From Betaproteobacteria bacterium (lineage in GTDB: Bacteria > Pseudomonadota > Gammaproteobacteria > Burkholderiales > SG8-39), in contig JAOUIL010000001.1 in NCBI GenBank assembly GCA_029883975.1, forward strand, positions 1,255 through 65,254: a stretch of DNA of 64,000 nucleotides, read 5' to 3'. A program made the position numbers and the translations under genes. Each line of letters begins with the position of its first letter. The stretch's first letter is position 1. This document shows, piece by piece, positions 54,240 through 62,399 of this stretch. The notes beneath the pieces were generated by a model. It searched no databases and had not been told where the DNA came from. It saw nothing but the letters and a program-made list of their open reading frames with translations.

Positions 54240-55000
54240 GCGCGACGCGCGCCGGGGCCTTCATCGGCCCGGGCTTCGAGGTGCCGCGCGACGAGTTCGT
54301 CGGGCCTTCGGCGCTGCTGGCGCTCGCCGTGCACGCCGCGCTCGCCGTCGCGCTGGTGGTCGGCGTGCACTGGCAGAGCCGCGCGCCGGCGGTGGTGACG
54401 GTGGAGTTGTGGCAGGCGCCGCCGGCGCCGGTGGTGCAGCCCGAGCCCGTGCGCGCCAAGCCCGCGCCTCCTCCTCCGCCGCCGCCCAAGCCCGAGCCGC
54501 GCATCGAGAAACCCGACATCGCGGTCAAGGCGCCGGTGAAGCCCAAGCCCAAGCCGGAGGTGAAGCCCGCGCCCAAGCCGGCGGCGAAGCCCGTGCCGGA
54601 CGAGCGCCCCGCGCAGCAGCTGCTCGCCGACGCGCTGCGGCGCGAGCAGCAGGCGCTCGCCGCGGATCGCGAGAGCCGGGCCATCCGCGAGCAGCTGGCG
54701 CGCGAGGCGCAGGCGGCGCACGACCGCGGCATGCAGACCTGGGTCGACAAGATCCGCGCCAAGATCCGGGGCAACATCGTGCTGCCGCCGGACCTGCAGG
54801 GCAATCCGGAGGCGATGGTGCTGGTGACGCAGCTGCCCACCGGCGAGGTGCTGCAGGCGAAGCTCGTCATCTCGAGCGGCCACGCGGGCTACGACGACGC
54901 GATCATGCGCGCCATCCTCAAGTCCTCGCCGTTGCCGAAGCCCGACAGTGCGGGCCTGTTCGCGCGCGAGCTCAAGCTCACGTTTCATCCGAAGGACTGA
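54236..55000 (+). CDS. tolA: Tol-Pal system protein TolA
   Basis: ATGA overlap. N-terminal TM, a Pro/Lys-rich linker (KPAPPPPPPPKPEP...KPKPKPEVKPAPKP) and a C-terminal TolA domain. Confidence 0.88.
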   Translation: MSATRAGAFIGPGFEVPRDEFVGPSALLALAVHAALAVALVVGVHWQSRAPAVVTVELWQAPPAPVVQPEPVRAKPAPPPPPPPKPEPRIEKPDIAVKAPVKPKPKPEVKPAPKPAAKPVPDERPAQQLLADALRREQQALAADRESRAIREQLAREAQAAHDRGMQTWVDKIRAKIRGNIVLPPDLQGNPEAMVLVTQLPTGEVLQAKLVISSGHAGYDDAIMRAILKSSPLPKPDSAGLFARELKLTFHPKD

Positions 55001-55006
55001 AATATA

Positions 55007-56296
55007 ATGAGTGTGATGCGACCCCTGATCGCGGCCTTGCTGCTGCTCGCTGCCGCGTGCGGCGCGCACGCGCAGCTCTCCATCGAGATCACCGGCGCCG
55101 GCGCGCAGCGCATTCCCGTGGCCATCGCGCCGCTCGCCGGCGAAGGGGCGCTGCTCGACGGCGGCAACGCGGCGATCAGCGCCATCGTGCGCGCGGACCT
55201 GGAGCGCAGCGGCCTGTTCCGCGCCGTGGACGTGCCGCGCCTCATTCCGCAGCCCACCGAGTCCTCGACGGTCAATTACGCGGAGTGGCGCTCGCGGCTC
55301 GCCGACGCGCTGGTGCTCGGCTCGGTCTCGGGGCGCCCCGACGGGCGCTTCGAGGTGCGCTTTCGCCTCTACGACGTGGTGAAGCAGGCGGCGCTCGGCG
55401 GCGTGGCGTACACGCTGACGCGCGAGCAGGTGCGCGCCACGGCGCACCGCATCGCCGACTACGTCTACGAGAAACTGACCGGCGAGAAGGGCGTGTTCTC
55501 GACGCGCATCGCCTACGTGGTGAAGCGCGGCGAGCGCTTCGAGCTGCAGATCGCCGACGCCGACGGCGCCAACGAGCAGGCGATGCTGGTGTCCAACGAG
55601 CCGATCATCTCGCCGGTCTGGTCGCCCGACGGGCGGCGCATCGCCTACGTCTCGTTCCAGAACAAGAAGCCGATCGTCTACGTGCAGGACGTCCAGGTGC
55701 CCAAGCAGCGCATCGTGGCGAACTTCAAGGGCTCGAACTCGGCGCCCGCCTGGTCGCCGGACGGCGCGCGCCTCGCGGTGGCGCTGACGCGCGACGGCAG
55801 CTCGCAGCTCTACCTGATCGATCCCGACGGCGGCAACCTGCGCCGCCTGACCAACTCGTTCGCCATCGACACCGAGCCGTTCTTCTCGCCGGACGGGCGC
55901 TGGATCTACTTCACATCGGACCGCGGCGGCAGCCCGCAGATCTACCGCATGCCGTCCACGGGCGGGGAGGCGCAGCGCGTCACGTTCGAGGGCGGCTACA
56001 ACGTCTCGCCGCGCGTCAGTCCCGACGGCCGCAGCCTCGCCTACGTGACGCGCAACGGCGGCCGCTTCCAGGTCGCGCTGCTCGACCTGGGCACGCGCCA
56101 GTCGCTCGTGCTCACCGACAGCGACCTGGACGAATCGCCCAGCTTCGCTCCCAACGGCCGGCAGATCCTGCTGGCCACCATCCTCAACGGCCGCGGCGTG
56201 CTGACCGCGGTGTCCTCGGACGGCCGCGTCAAGCAGCGCCTGACGCTCAGCGCCGGCGACGTGCGCGAGCCGTCCTGGGGTCCCCTCATTCCATGA
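55007..56296 (+). CDS. tolB: Tol-Pal system beta-propeller protein TolB
   Basis: Signal peptide, then repeated P.WSPDG..IAY / P.FSPDG propeller blades. Confidence 0.95.
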   Translation: MSVMRPLIAALLLLAAACGAHAQLSIEITGAGAQRIPVAIAPLAGEGALLDGGNAAISAIVRADLERSGLFRAVDVPRLIPQPTESSTVNYAEWRSRLADALVLGSVSGRPDGRFEVRFRLYDVVKQAALGGVAYTLTREQVRATAHRIADYVYEKLTGEKGVFSTRIAYVVKRGERFELQIADADGANEQAMLVSNEPIISPVWSPDGRRIAYVSFQNKKPIVYVQDVQVPKQRIVANFKGSNSAPAWSPDGARLAVALTRDGSSQLYLIDPDGGNLRRLTNSFAIDTEPFFSPDGRWIYFTSDRGGSPQIYRMPSTGGEAQRVTFEGGYNVSPRVSPDGRSLAYVTRNGGRFQVALLDLGTRQSLVLTDSDLDESPSFAPNGRQILLATILNGRGVLTAVSSDGRVKQRLTLSAGDVREPSWGPLIP

Positions 56297-56310
56297 GCAG
56301 GAGATCGAAC

Positions 56311-56871
56311 ATGAAACGCATCTGCACCATCCTCCTCGCAGCGGCGCTCGCCGGCTGCGCCACGACCGAGACCGCCACCCAGCCGCCGGCTGCCGTCGAG
56401 GACCGCGCCGGCACGACCAAGCCGGGCGCGGGCCCGGGCGCGAGCGGCGTGCCGGAGAAGCCGGTAACCGGCGTGGACCTCACGGGCGGCAAGCCCGCCG
56501 GCGCCGATCCGCTGAAGGATCCCTCGAGCCCGCTGTCGATGCGCTCCATCTACTACGACTTCGACAAGTACGACATCAAGGACGAGTACAAGCCGGTGAT
56601 CGAGGCGCACGCCCGCTACCTGCGCGAGAACGGCGGCGTGAAGATGCTCATCCAGGGCAACACCGACGAGCGCGGCAGCCGCGAGTACAACATCGCGCTC
56701 GGGCAGCGCCGCGCCGAGAGCGTGAAGAAGATGCTGCTGCTGCTCGGCGCGCGCGAGGAGCAGGTGGAAGCCGTGAGCCTGGGCGAGGAGAAGCCCAAGG
56801 AGACCGGCCACGGCGAGGAAGCGTGGACGCGCAACCGCCGCAGCGACATGCTGTACGCGGGCGAGTACTGA
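56311..56871 (+). CDS. pal: Peptidoglycan-associated lipoprotein Pal
   Basis: Lipobox LAGC and an OmpA-like domain: YFDFDKYDIK...GNTDERGSREYNIALGQRRA. Confidence 0.95.
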   Translation: MKRICTILLAAALAGCATTETATQPPAAVEDRAGTTKPGAGPGASGVPEKPVTGVDLTGGKPAGADPLKDPSSPLSMRSIYYDFDKYDIKDEYKPVIEAHARYLRENGGVKMLIQGNTDERGSREYNIALGQRRAESVKKMLLLLGAREEQVEAVSLGEEKPKETGHGEEAWTRNRRSDMLYAGEY

Positions 56872-56872
56872 C

Positions 56873-57667
56873 ATGGGCGCGGCGCGCGGTTGGGGCGCGG
56901 CGCTCGTCGCGCTGCACTTCGCCTGGGCGGGCGAGGCGGGCGCGCAGCTGTTCGGCGGCGACACGGAGGCTCGCAACCGCATCGAGACGGTGCGCACCGA
57001 GCTGCTGATCTCGCTGCAGAAGGTGCAGGACCGCATGCAGGCGCTCGAGTCGACCTCGGTGGAACGGCGTGCGGTGCTCGACCTCGCCGGGCAGATGGAG
57101 GCGCTGCGCGCGGAGCTGATGCGCTCGCGCGGGCAGATCGAGGTGCTGCTGTACCAGATGGAGGCCACCGACAAGCGCCAGAAGGACCTGTACGTCGACA
57201 TCGACACACGGCTGCGCAAGCTCGAGCAGGGCGCCGAGCAGCACGCGGCCGCGGCCGCGGCGCGGCCCACGGACGCCGGGCCATCGGACGAGGAGAAGCG
57301 CCTGTATGAGAGCGCGCTCAACCAGTTCAAGCTGGGCAACTATTCGGCGGCCATCGACCTGCTGCAGCAGATGCAGCAGAAGTATCCCAACGGCAAGCTG
57401 GCGCCCAACGCCCAGTACTGGATCGGCATGGGCTATTCCGGGCGGCGCGACTACCGCAACGCGATCCTCGCGCTGCAGAAGGTGGTCGCGCAGTGGCCGG
57501 ACGATCCGAAGGCGGCCGACGCGATGCTGTCGATCTCCAGCGCACAGGAGGCGATGGGCGATACGCGCTCGGCGCAGGCCACGCTGCAGAACGTGCTGGC
57601 CAAGTACCCCGGCAGCACCGCCGCCGACCAGGCGCGCCTGCGGCTGCAGCAGACGGTCAAGCGCTGA
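56873..57667 (+). CDS. cpoB: Cell division coordinator CpoB (YbgF)
   Basis: Signal peptide, coiled coil, then TPR repeats ([17 protein letters not shown]...QYWIG...). Confidence 0.88.
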   Translation: MGAARGWGAALVALHFAWAGEAGAQLFGGDTEARNRIETVRTELLISLQKVQDRMQALESTSVERRAVLDLAGQMEALRAELMRSRGQIEVLLYQMEATDKRQKDLYVDIDTRLRKLEQGAEQHAAAAAARPTDAGPSDEEKRLYESALNQFKLGNYSAAIDLLQQMQQKYPNGKLAPNAQYWIGMGYSGRRDYRNAILALQKVVAQWPDDPKAADAMLSISSAQEAMGDTRSAQATLQNVLAKYPGSTAADQARLRLQQTVKR

Positions 57668-58335
57668 AGGCCGTCGTCCTCCTCTCCGGCGGACTGGATT
57701 CCGCCACCGCGCTCGCCTGGGCGCGGCGCGAGGGGTTCGAGTGCTACGCGCTCTCGGTGGACTACGGCCAGCGGCACGGGGCGGAGCTGGAGGCTGCCGC
57801 GCGGGTCGCGAAGCGCCTGGGAGCGGCGCAGCATCGGGTGGTGAAGCTGGACCTCGCGCAGTTCGGCGGCTCGGCGCTGACGGATTCGAGCATCGCGGTT
57901 CCGGACCAGGGCATGCAGGGTGGCATCCCTGCCACGTACGTTCCGGCCAGGAACACCATACTGTTGTCCCTCGCCCTTGCTTGGGCGGAAGTGCTGCAGG
58001 CGCAGCACATCTTCCTCGGCGCGAACGCCGTGGACTACTCGGGCTACCCTGATTGCCGTCCCGAGTACCTTGCGGCCTTCGAGGCGATGGCCAACCTCGC
58101 GACCAAGGCGGCGGTGGAGGGGCGCGGGATCGCCGTGCGCGCGCCGCTCATCGACCTGCCGAAGAAGGAGATCGTGAAGAAGGCGCTGGAGCTCGGCGTC
58201 GATCCCGCGGAGACGGTGACCTGCTATCAGCCCGACGCGGAAGGACGTGCCTGCGGCGTGTGCGATGCGTGCCGGCTGCGGAAGAAGGGGTTCGCGGACG
58301 CGGGAATTGCCGATACGACGCGCTATCAGCGCTGA
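57664..58335 (+). CDS. queC: 7-cyano-7-deazaguanine synthase QueC
   Basis: (L)[16 protein letters not shown] is the PP-loop N-terminus, beginning at the CTG that overlaps the cpoB stop (CTGA). C-terminal Zn cluster C..C..CD.C. 223 aa. The track start (57493) would add 57 junk residues overlapping cpoB. Confidence 0.85.
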   Translation: MKAVVLLSGGLDSATALAWARREGFECYALSVDYGQRHGAELEAAARVAKRLGAAQHRVVKLDLAQFGGSALTDSSIAVPDQGMQGGIPATYVPARNTILLSLALAWAEVLQAQHIFLGANAVDYSGYPDCRPEYLAAFEAMANLATKAAVEGRGIAVRAPLIDLPKKEIVKKALELGVDPAETVTCYQPDAEGRACGVCDACRLRKKGFADAGIADTTRYQR

Positions 58336-58349
58336 AGCAGTAGCGAATC

Positions 58350-58380
58350 GGGCGCGAGGACTGATAAAATCGCGCCCTTT
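58350..58380 (+). terminator. Hairpin plus T-run after queC (terminator); its loop also carries a TAAAAT hexamer upstream of tRNA-Lys
   Basis: GGGCGCGA-ggactgataaaa-TCGCGCCC-TTT. Confidence 0.55.
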
Positions 58381-58386
58381 CCCTGG

Positions 58387-58462
58387 GGGCCGTTAGCTCA
58401 GCTGGTAGAGCAGCGGACTTTTAATCCGTTGGTCGGCGGTTCGAATCCGCCACGGCCTACCA
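58387..58462 (+). tRNA. tRNA-Lys (anticodon TTT)
   Basis: Colinear with E. coli tRNA-Lys as I recall it: GGGCCGT-TA-GCTCAGCTGGTAGAGC-A-GCGGA-CTTTTAA-TCCGT-TGGTC-GGCGG-TTCGAAT-CCGCC-ACGGCCT-A-CCA. The 1:72 pair is G-U. Confidence 0.93.
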
Positions 58463-58668
58463 ATTCACTGTTTCCGAGCTTCGCGCAGCACCGCCTCCGC
58501 CGCGGGTTGCAGCGCTTTCGCCCACTGCTCGTAGCCGCAGGATCTCGACGACACGCCGCACGCCCTGGAGTGCCTAGTCCCATGGCCGCGGTAGCTGCAT
58601 TCTGGGATTTGCCTCGTGCCTCGCTCAGATTACCGTGCCCGGGTCGCAGATGACTAGAAGGCGGCACG

Positions 58669-59208
58669 ATGCGAAAGGCGCTGTTGATACCGATCTTGCT
58701 GACGGCATTGGCGGCTATGCCGGCCCAGGCCGGAGAGATCTCGCTCGGCATCGGTCCGCTCGTGCTCTCGGAGGACGGGGCGGACTTCCACATCTCCTAT
58801 CGCGCGGACGCGAGCCACTGGGAGTTCGGCTACAGGTATTCGCGGTACTCGGAAAGCACCGACGACCCATACTTCGGCGGCACGCTGACGGAATCGACCA
58901 CCACCATGCAGGGCCCGACCCTGTTCTACCAGTTCAAGCCGGAGGCCAATGGCACCTGGTTCGTCGGCGCCGCGGTGCTGAAGGCCGAGCGGGTCGAGCG
59001 AGCCCTGCTGGTCAACGAGGAGGCCCACGCTTCAAAGAACGCGTTCTTCTTTGGCGGAGGATACCTAGGGCGCTGGGGCCGGTACGGGTTCTACCGGCTC
59101 GGCATGCTGGTCAGCCCGGGCGCCAAGCTGAACACGAAGACCAGCGCAAGCTCCACCGAAGAATCGGGGCTGGCTGACATCTACGCCCAGATCGGTCTCA
59201 GGTTCTAG
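58669..59208 (+). CDS. Small secreted/outer-membrane beta-barrel-like protein (islet cargo)
   Basis: SD GAAGG and signal peptide MRKALLIPILLTALAAMPAQA. Aromatic-rich alternating strands with a C-terminal ...YAQIGLRF (terminal Phe). 179 aa. Confidence 0.65.
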   Translation: MRKALLIPILLTALAAMPAQAGEISLGIGPLVLSEDGADFHISYRADASHWEFGYRYSRYSESTDDPYFGGTLTESTTTMQGPTLFYQFKPEANGTWFVGAAVLKAERVERALLVNEEAHASKNAFFFGGGYLGRWGRYGFYRLGMLVSPGAKLNTKTSASSTEESGLADIYAQIGLRF

Positions 59209-59235
59209 TTCGCTTCGAGAAACCCGCCTGCGCAG

Positions 59236-59248
59236 GGCCTACCAAGCC
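59236..59248 (+). repeat. Third copy of the tRNA-Lys att core (GGCCTACCAAGCC)
   Basis: The first 10 nt equal the tRNA end 58454-58463 (GGCCTACCAA). The last 10 nt equal 61063-61072 (CTACCAAGCC). It lies in the convergent spacer between cargo genes 1 and 2. Confidence 0.5.
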
Positions 59249-59255
59249 AGTTGCG

Positions 59256-59288
59256 CGCGAGCGCCAGTCCTCCAGACCGGCGCTCGCG
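59256..59288. terminator. 10-bp perfect hairpin in the convergent spacer (bidirectional terminator-like, no T-run)
   Basis: CGCGAGCGCC-agtcctccagacc-GGCGCTCGCG. Confidence 0.4.
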
Positions 59289-59298
59289 ACTTCACTAA

Positions 59299-60186
59299 CT
59301 AGCGCGACACCGTCACACGCAGGAACGTTGCCGGAATCACGGTGAGATCGCTCCGCCCGCTCAGGTTCTGGCGCACGAACAGCTCGACCAGCGCCTCGCG
59401 CAGATCGAGCGCCTTGCCGTTCTTGTCCGCCGCGTCGAAGGCGTTCATCGTCGGCCCGTAGTAGTTGCGGAACTCCTCGACGAACGCGCCCGGCGCGCCG
59501 GGGTAGCGGAACGTGAAGGTCTCGCGCGAGAACGCGACGTTGCCTGCGGAGATGCCTGCGGCGGCGAAGCGCTCGAGCACGGTTTCCTCGACGCCCCAGG
59601 TCATCGGGCTGACGAAGCCCGCGGGCGGCGGGGGCGTGTGGGCCGCGCTGATCTTCAGGATCTGCGCGACCAGCGTCGGGTCGTTGGGAATCCAGTTGCC
59701 CATGACGATGCGGCCGCCGCGACGGGTGACGCGAACGAGCTCGCGCGCGACGTCCAGGGGCCGGGGCGCGAACATGGCGCCGAAGATGGAGACCGAAAGG
59801 TCGAACGACGCGTCCTCGAGGCCATCGAGCGCGCAGGCGTCGCCTTCCTGGAAGCGGAGGTTCGCGAGGCCCGCTTCCCGGGCGCGCGCCTGGCCGGCGC
59901 GCACGAGGTTCGCGGCAATGTCGACGCCAAGCACGTCGGCGCCGAGTTGCGCCGCGGGCAGCGCCGTCGTGCCGTCGCCGGAGCCGAGGTCCAGCACGCG
60001 CTGGCCCGGCGCGACGCCGATCGCGCGCACGAGGGCCTCGCCGCTTTCGCGCATGGTGCGCGCGATGCGCGTGAAGTCGCCCTTTTCCCAGAGCGCCTTG
60101 TTGGGGTTGGTGGAAGGCTGGGCGGGCCGCGGCTGTGAAGCCGAAGGCTCGGTGGCGCTGCGGGGGGTCGCTGCGATCGTGGTCAT
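59299..60186 (-). CDS. Class I SAM-dependent methyltransferase (islet cargo)
   Basis: ATG 60186 is preceded by AGGAGA. Motif I VLDLGSGDGTTAL, post-I GVDIA, motif III-like RRGGRIVMGNW. Substrate unknown. Confidence 0.8.
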   Translation of the reverse strand: MTTIAATPRSATEPSASQPRPAQPSTNPNKALWEKGDFTRIARTMRESGEALVRAIGVAPGQRVLDLGSGDGTTALPAAQLGADVLGVDIAANLVRAGQARAREAGLANLRFQEGDACALDGLEDASFDLSVSIFGAMFAPRPLDVARELVRVTRRGGRIVMGNWIPNDPTLVAQILKISAAHTPPPPAGFVSPMTWGVEETVLERFAAAGISAGNVAFSRETFTFRYPGAPGAFVEEFRNYYGPTMNAFDAADKNGKALDLREALVELFVRQNLSGRSDLTVIPATFLRVTVSR

Positions 60187-60397
60187 GCTTGCGGTCTCCT
60201 GGTTCGTAGTGTGCGCGGCCCGCGGATGGGCCGGCATCGGCAGGCATCCTGGGTGGCGCAGGTATCCGGCGGATTTCTGCCGCGGCCAGTTTTGGTTACC
60301 CGATTGTTACCACGACCGGCGGCCCGGGAATCCTGCTCCGGTTCGAGTCGGTCAATCAGTTCCTCGGTCGCCTCCGATTGCGCGTATAAGGAAGCAG

Positions 60398-60655
60398 ATG
60401 ACCATGACCGTTGGGACGACCAATTCGAAAGCTTGCGAGATCTACAGCGTCCTGCGCAAGAACGCCTTGCTGTGGAAGTGGCGAAGCACGGGCGCGGATG
60501 GGGGCATGACGGCCTGCGCGGAGGAGTACGCCCTGTTCTTTCAGTGCGCGGCGGCGGCACGGGCGAGGGGTTACGAGCCGCGATCCGATTGGACGGGCCC
60601 GTGCGCATCGGTTATCGCGCGACGCGAGGCGGCGAAGACGGTGCTGCCGAAGTGA
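60398..60655 (+). CDS. Hypothetical small protein, 85 aa, 4 Cys (islet cargo)
   Basis: SD AAGGAA. MTMTVGTTNSKACEIYSVLRKNALLWKWRSTGADGG...YALFFQCAAAARARGYEP. No family named with confidence. Confidence 0.5.
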   Translation: MTMTVGTTNSKACEIYSVLRKNALLWKWRSTGADGGMTACAEEYALFFQCAAAARARGYEPRSDWTGPCASVIARREAAKTVLPK

Positions 60656-60686
60656 GCGCCATGGGGGCGGCCGCCAGGGGCAGGGG

Positions 60687-60974
60687 ATGATCGGAAACGC
60701 GCCGCTTCGATCCGCGTTGGCGGCGCTATCGCAGATGGCCGTCATGGCCGCGGTCGTCGCGACGCTGGTGTACCTGCCCGTGTTCATCGCGCTGGCGCTG
60801 ATATTTCGCGCGCTCGGCATTTCCCTCGAGGCCTGGCTGACCCTTGACGCGGCGCTTCATCCGGCGCTCGGGCTGCTGGCCTGGTGGCTGTTTGTCTTCG
60901 TGGGGTCATGCGGCTACGCCGCCTGGGAGTTCCCATGGGGAGACAGGAACTTCGGCTGGCCGGTGCGGAAATAG
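60687..60974 (+). CDS. Hypothetical membrane protein, 95 aa (islet cargo)
   Basis: Two to three hydrophobic helices (AVMAAVVATLVYLPVFIALALIF / LGLLAWWLFVFVGSCGYAAW). 31 nt downstream of the small protein gene. Confidence 0.5.
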   Translation: MIGNAPLRSALAALSQMAVMAAVVATLVYLPVFIALALIFRALGISLEAWLTLDAALHPALGLLAWWLFVFVGSCGYAAWEFPWGDRNFGWPVRK

Positions 60975-61021
60975 CCGAGGCGACGCGCCCGGCAGGGCGG
61001 GCAATCGGAATCCCCGGCGTC

Positions 61022-61069
61022 GACTCTTGATCCGTCGGTCGGCGGTTAGAATCCGGCCTGATCTACCAA
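61022..61069 (+). repeat. Degenerate copy of the 3' 48 nt of tRNA-Lys (displaced att / pseudo-tRNA fragment)
   Basis: Gap-free alignment to 58416-58463 with 39/48 identities. The anticodon loop is mutated (CTCTTGA) and the T-stem/acceptor are broken. There is no 5' half. Confidence 0.8.
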
Positions 61070-61086
61070 GCCTTCGCGCAGCTTCG

Positions 61087-62382
61087 ATGCAATCACCCCC
61101 GGTCCTGATCGCCGGCGCCGGCATCGGCGGCCTGAGCCTTGCACTGACGCTGCACGAGATCGGCGTTCCCTGTCTCGTCCTGGAATCGGTCGCCACGCTG
61201 AAGCCGCTTGGTGTGGGCATCAACCTGCAGCCCAATGCCGTGCGCGAGCTCTATGAAATGGGTTTCGGGCCAGGGCACCTGGACAAGATCGGCGTCCAGA
61301 CGCAGGAATTTGCGCTCGTAGGGCTGAACGGCAAGGACGTCTACGCCGAGCCGCGCGGCCTCAAGGCGGGCTATCGCTGGCCGCAGTATTCGGTGCATCG
61401 CGGCGGACTGCAGATGTTGCTGTATCGCGCGACACTCGAGCGCCTCGGCGAGCGCGCCGTGCGTACCGGAGCCCGTGTGATGGGCTATCGCAACCATGCG
61501 GGCGGCGTGACGGTGCTTGCGGAGCAGGGCACCGGCAAACGGCTGGAGATTGAGGGCTCGCTCCTCGTCGGTGCCGATGGCTTGCACTCGGCCGTGCGCG
61601 CGCAGATGCACCCGCGGCAGCCGCCGATCCAGTGGGGCGGCGCCATCATGTGGCGCGGCGTCACGCGGGGCGTGCCGATCCGCACGGGCGCCTCGTTCGT
61701 CGGCTTCGGCACCCACCGGCAGCGCGTCGTGTTCTACCCGATCTCCCGGCCAGATCCGGCGAGCGGCCTCGCCGACATCAACTGGATCGCGGAGATCACG
61801 GTCGACAACGCCGGCGGCTGGCAGGACGGCGACTGGAACAAGAAGGCCCGGCACGAGGACTTCATGCACCATTTCGAGCAGTGGACCCAGGACTGGATCG
61901 ACGTCCCCGCCATGCTGCGCGGCGCCGCCGACGTGTACGAGTACCCGATGATCGACCGCGATCCGGTGCCCACCTGGGTGGACGGCAACGTGGCGCTGCT
62001 TGGCGATGCGGCGCACGTGATGTATCCCACCGGCTCGAATGGCGGCAGCCAGGCCATCATCGATGCGCGCGTGCTCGGCGCGACCATGCTGACGCACGGC
62101 GTCACGCCCGCGGCGCTCCGAAATTACGACGCGAAGCTGTGCAAGGACGTCTCGGCGCTCGTGCTGCGCAACCGCGGCGCAGGCCCGTTCGGTCTGCTCA
62201 ACCTGCTGGATGAGCGCTGCGGCGGCGTGTTCGACGACATCGAGGACGTCATCCCGCGGGCCGAGCGCGATGCGTTTATGAGGGGGTACCGGGCGGCGGC
62301 GGGCTTTGCGATGGAACAGCTTAATGCTTCGTCGCCGATCCTCGCCAGAGGCGCCGGCACGGTGACGCGCGCGAAGGGCTGA
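61087..62382 (+). CDS. FAD-dependent aromatic-ring monooxygenase (salicylate/3-hydroxybenzoate hydroxylase-like)
   Basis: ATG 61087 gives MQSPPVLIAGAGIGGLSLALTL (GxGxxG). ...GADGLHSAVR...LLGDAAHVMYPTGSNGGSQAIIDA. The upstream part of the track ORF (from 60844) is rejected. Confidence 0.8.
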   Translation: MQSPPVLIAGAGIGGLSLALTLHEIGVPCLVLESVATLKPLGVGINLQPNAVRELYEMGFGPGHLDKIGVQTQEFALVGLNGKDVYAEPRGLKAGYRWPQYSVHRGGLQMLLYRATLERLGERAVRTGARVMGYRNHAGGVTVLAEQGTGKRLEIEGSLLVGADGLHSAVRAQMHPRQPPIQWGGAIMWRGVTRGVPIRTGASFVGFGTHRQRVVFYPISRPDPASGLADINWIAEITVDNAGGWQDGDWNKKARHEDFMHHFEQWTQDWIDVPAMLRGAADVYEYPMIDRDPVPTWVDGNVALLGDAAHVMYPTGSNGGSQAIIDARVLGATMLTHGVTPAALRNYDAKLCKDVSALVLRNRGAGPFGLLNLLDERCGGVFDDIEDVIPRAERDAFMRGYRAAAGFAMEQLNASSPILARGAGTVTRAKG

Positions 62383-62399
62383 GTCCGCCTCGGCCTGCT

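Larger units (their letters stand above)
58463..61069. mobile_element. Integrase-less genomic islet(s) inserted at the tRNA-Lys 3' end (two tandem units: 58463-59248 and 59249-61069)
   Basis: Bounded by the tRNA 3' end, a 13-nt core copy (59236-59248) and a 39/48-nt degenerate copy of the tRNA 3' part (61022-61069). GC is lower in hand-counted 120-nt samples: 78/120 and 80/120 G+C versus 94/120 in tolA. Four uncharacterised genes. No recombinase ORF. Confidence 0.55.

Noticed and set aside
54460-54610. Repetitive KP/PKP-coding tract
   Set aside because: This is the normal Pro/Lys-rich linker domain II of TolA, not a tandem-repeat element or CRISPR-like array.
57493-57663. Track start for queC (57 extra N-terminal residues); likewise the 5072 start for the envC-like ORF
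   Set aside because: The extensions overlap the upstream genes (cpoB, gpmA) and encode Arg/Gly/Ala junk. The conserved N-termini begin at the CTG codons instead.
58465-58629. Searched the 206 bp after tRNA-Lys on both strands for an integrase remnant. A 54-codon open minus-strand frame ends ...YEQWAKALQPAAEAVLREARKQ* right at the tRNA
   Set aside because: It has no ATG, only an internal GTG giving 29 aa, and no recognisable recombinase motif (no R..H..R..Y context). It cannot be supported as a gene or pseudogene from sequence alone.
60661-60690. 9-codon mini-ORF (MGAAARGRG) bridging the small protein and membrane protein genes with an ATGA overlap
   Set aside because: Too short and compositionally trivial to support. 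Noted only as a possible coupling artefact.
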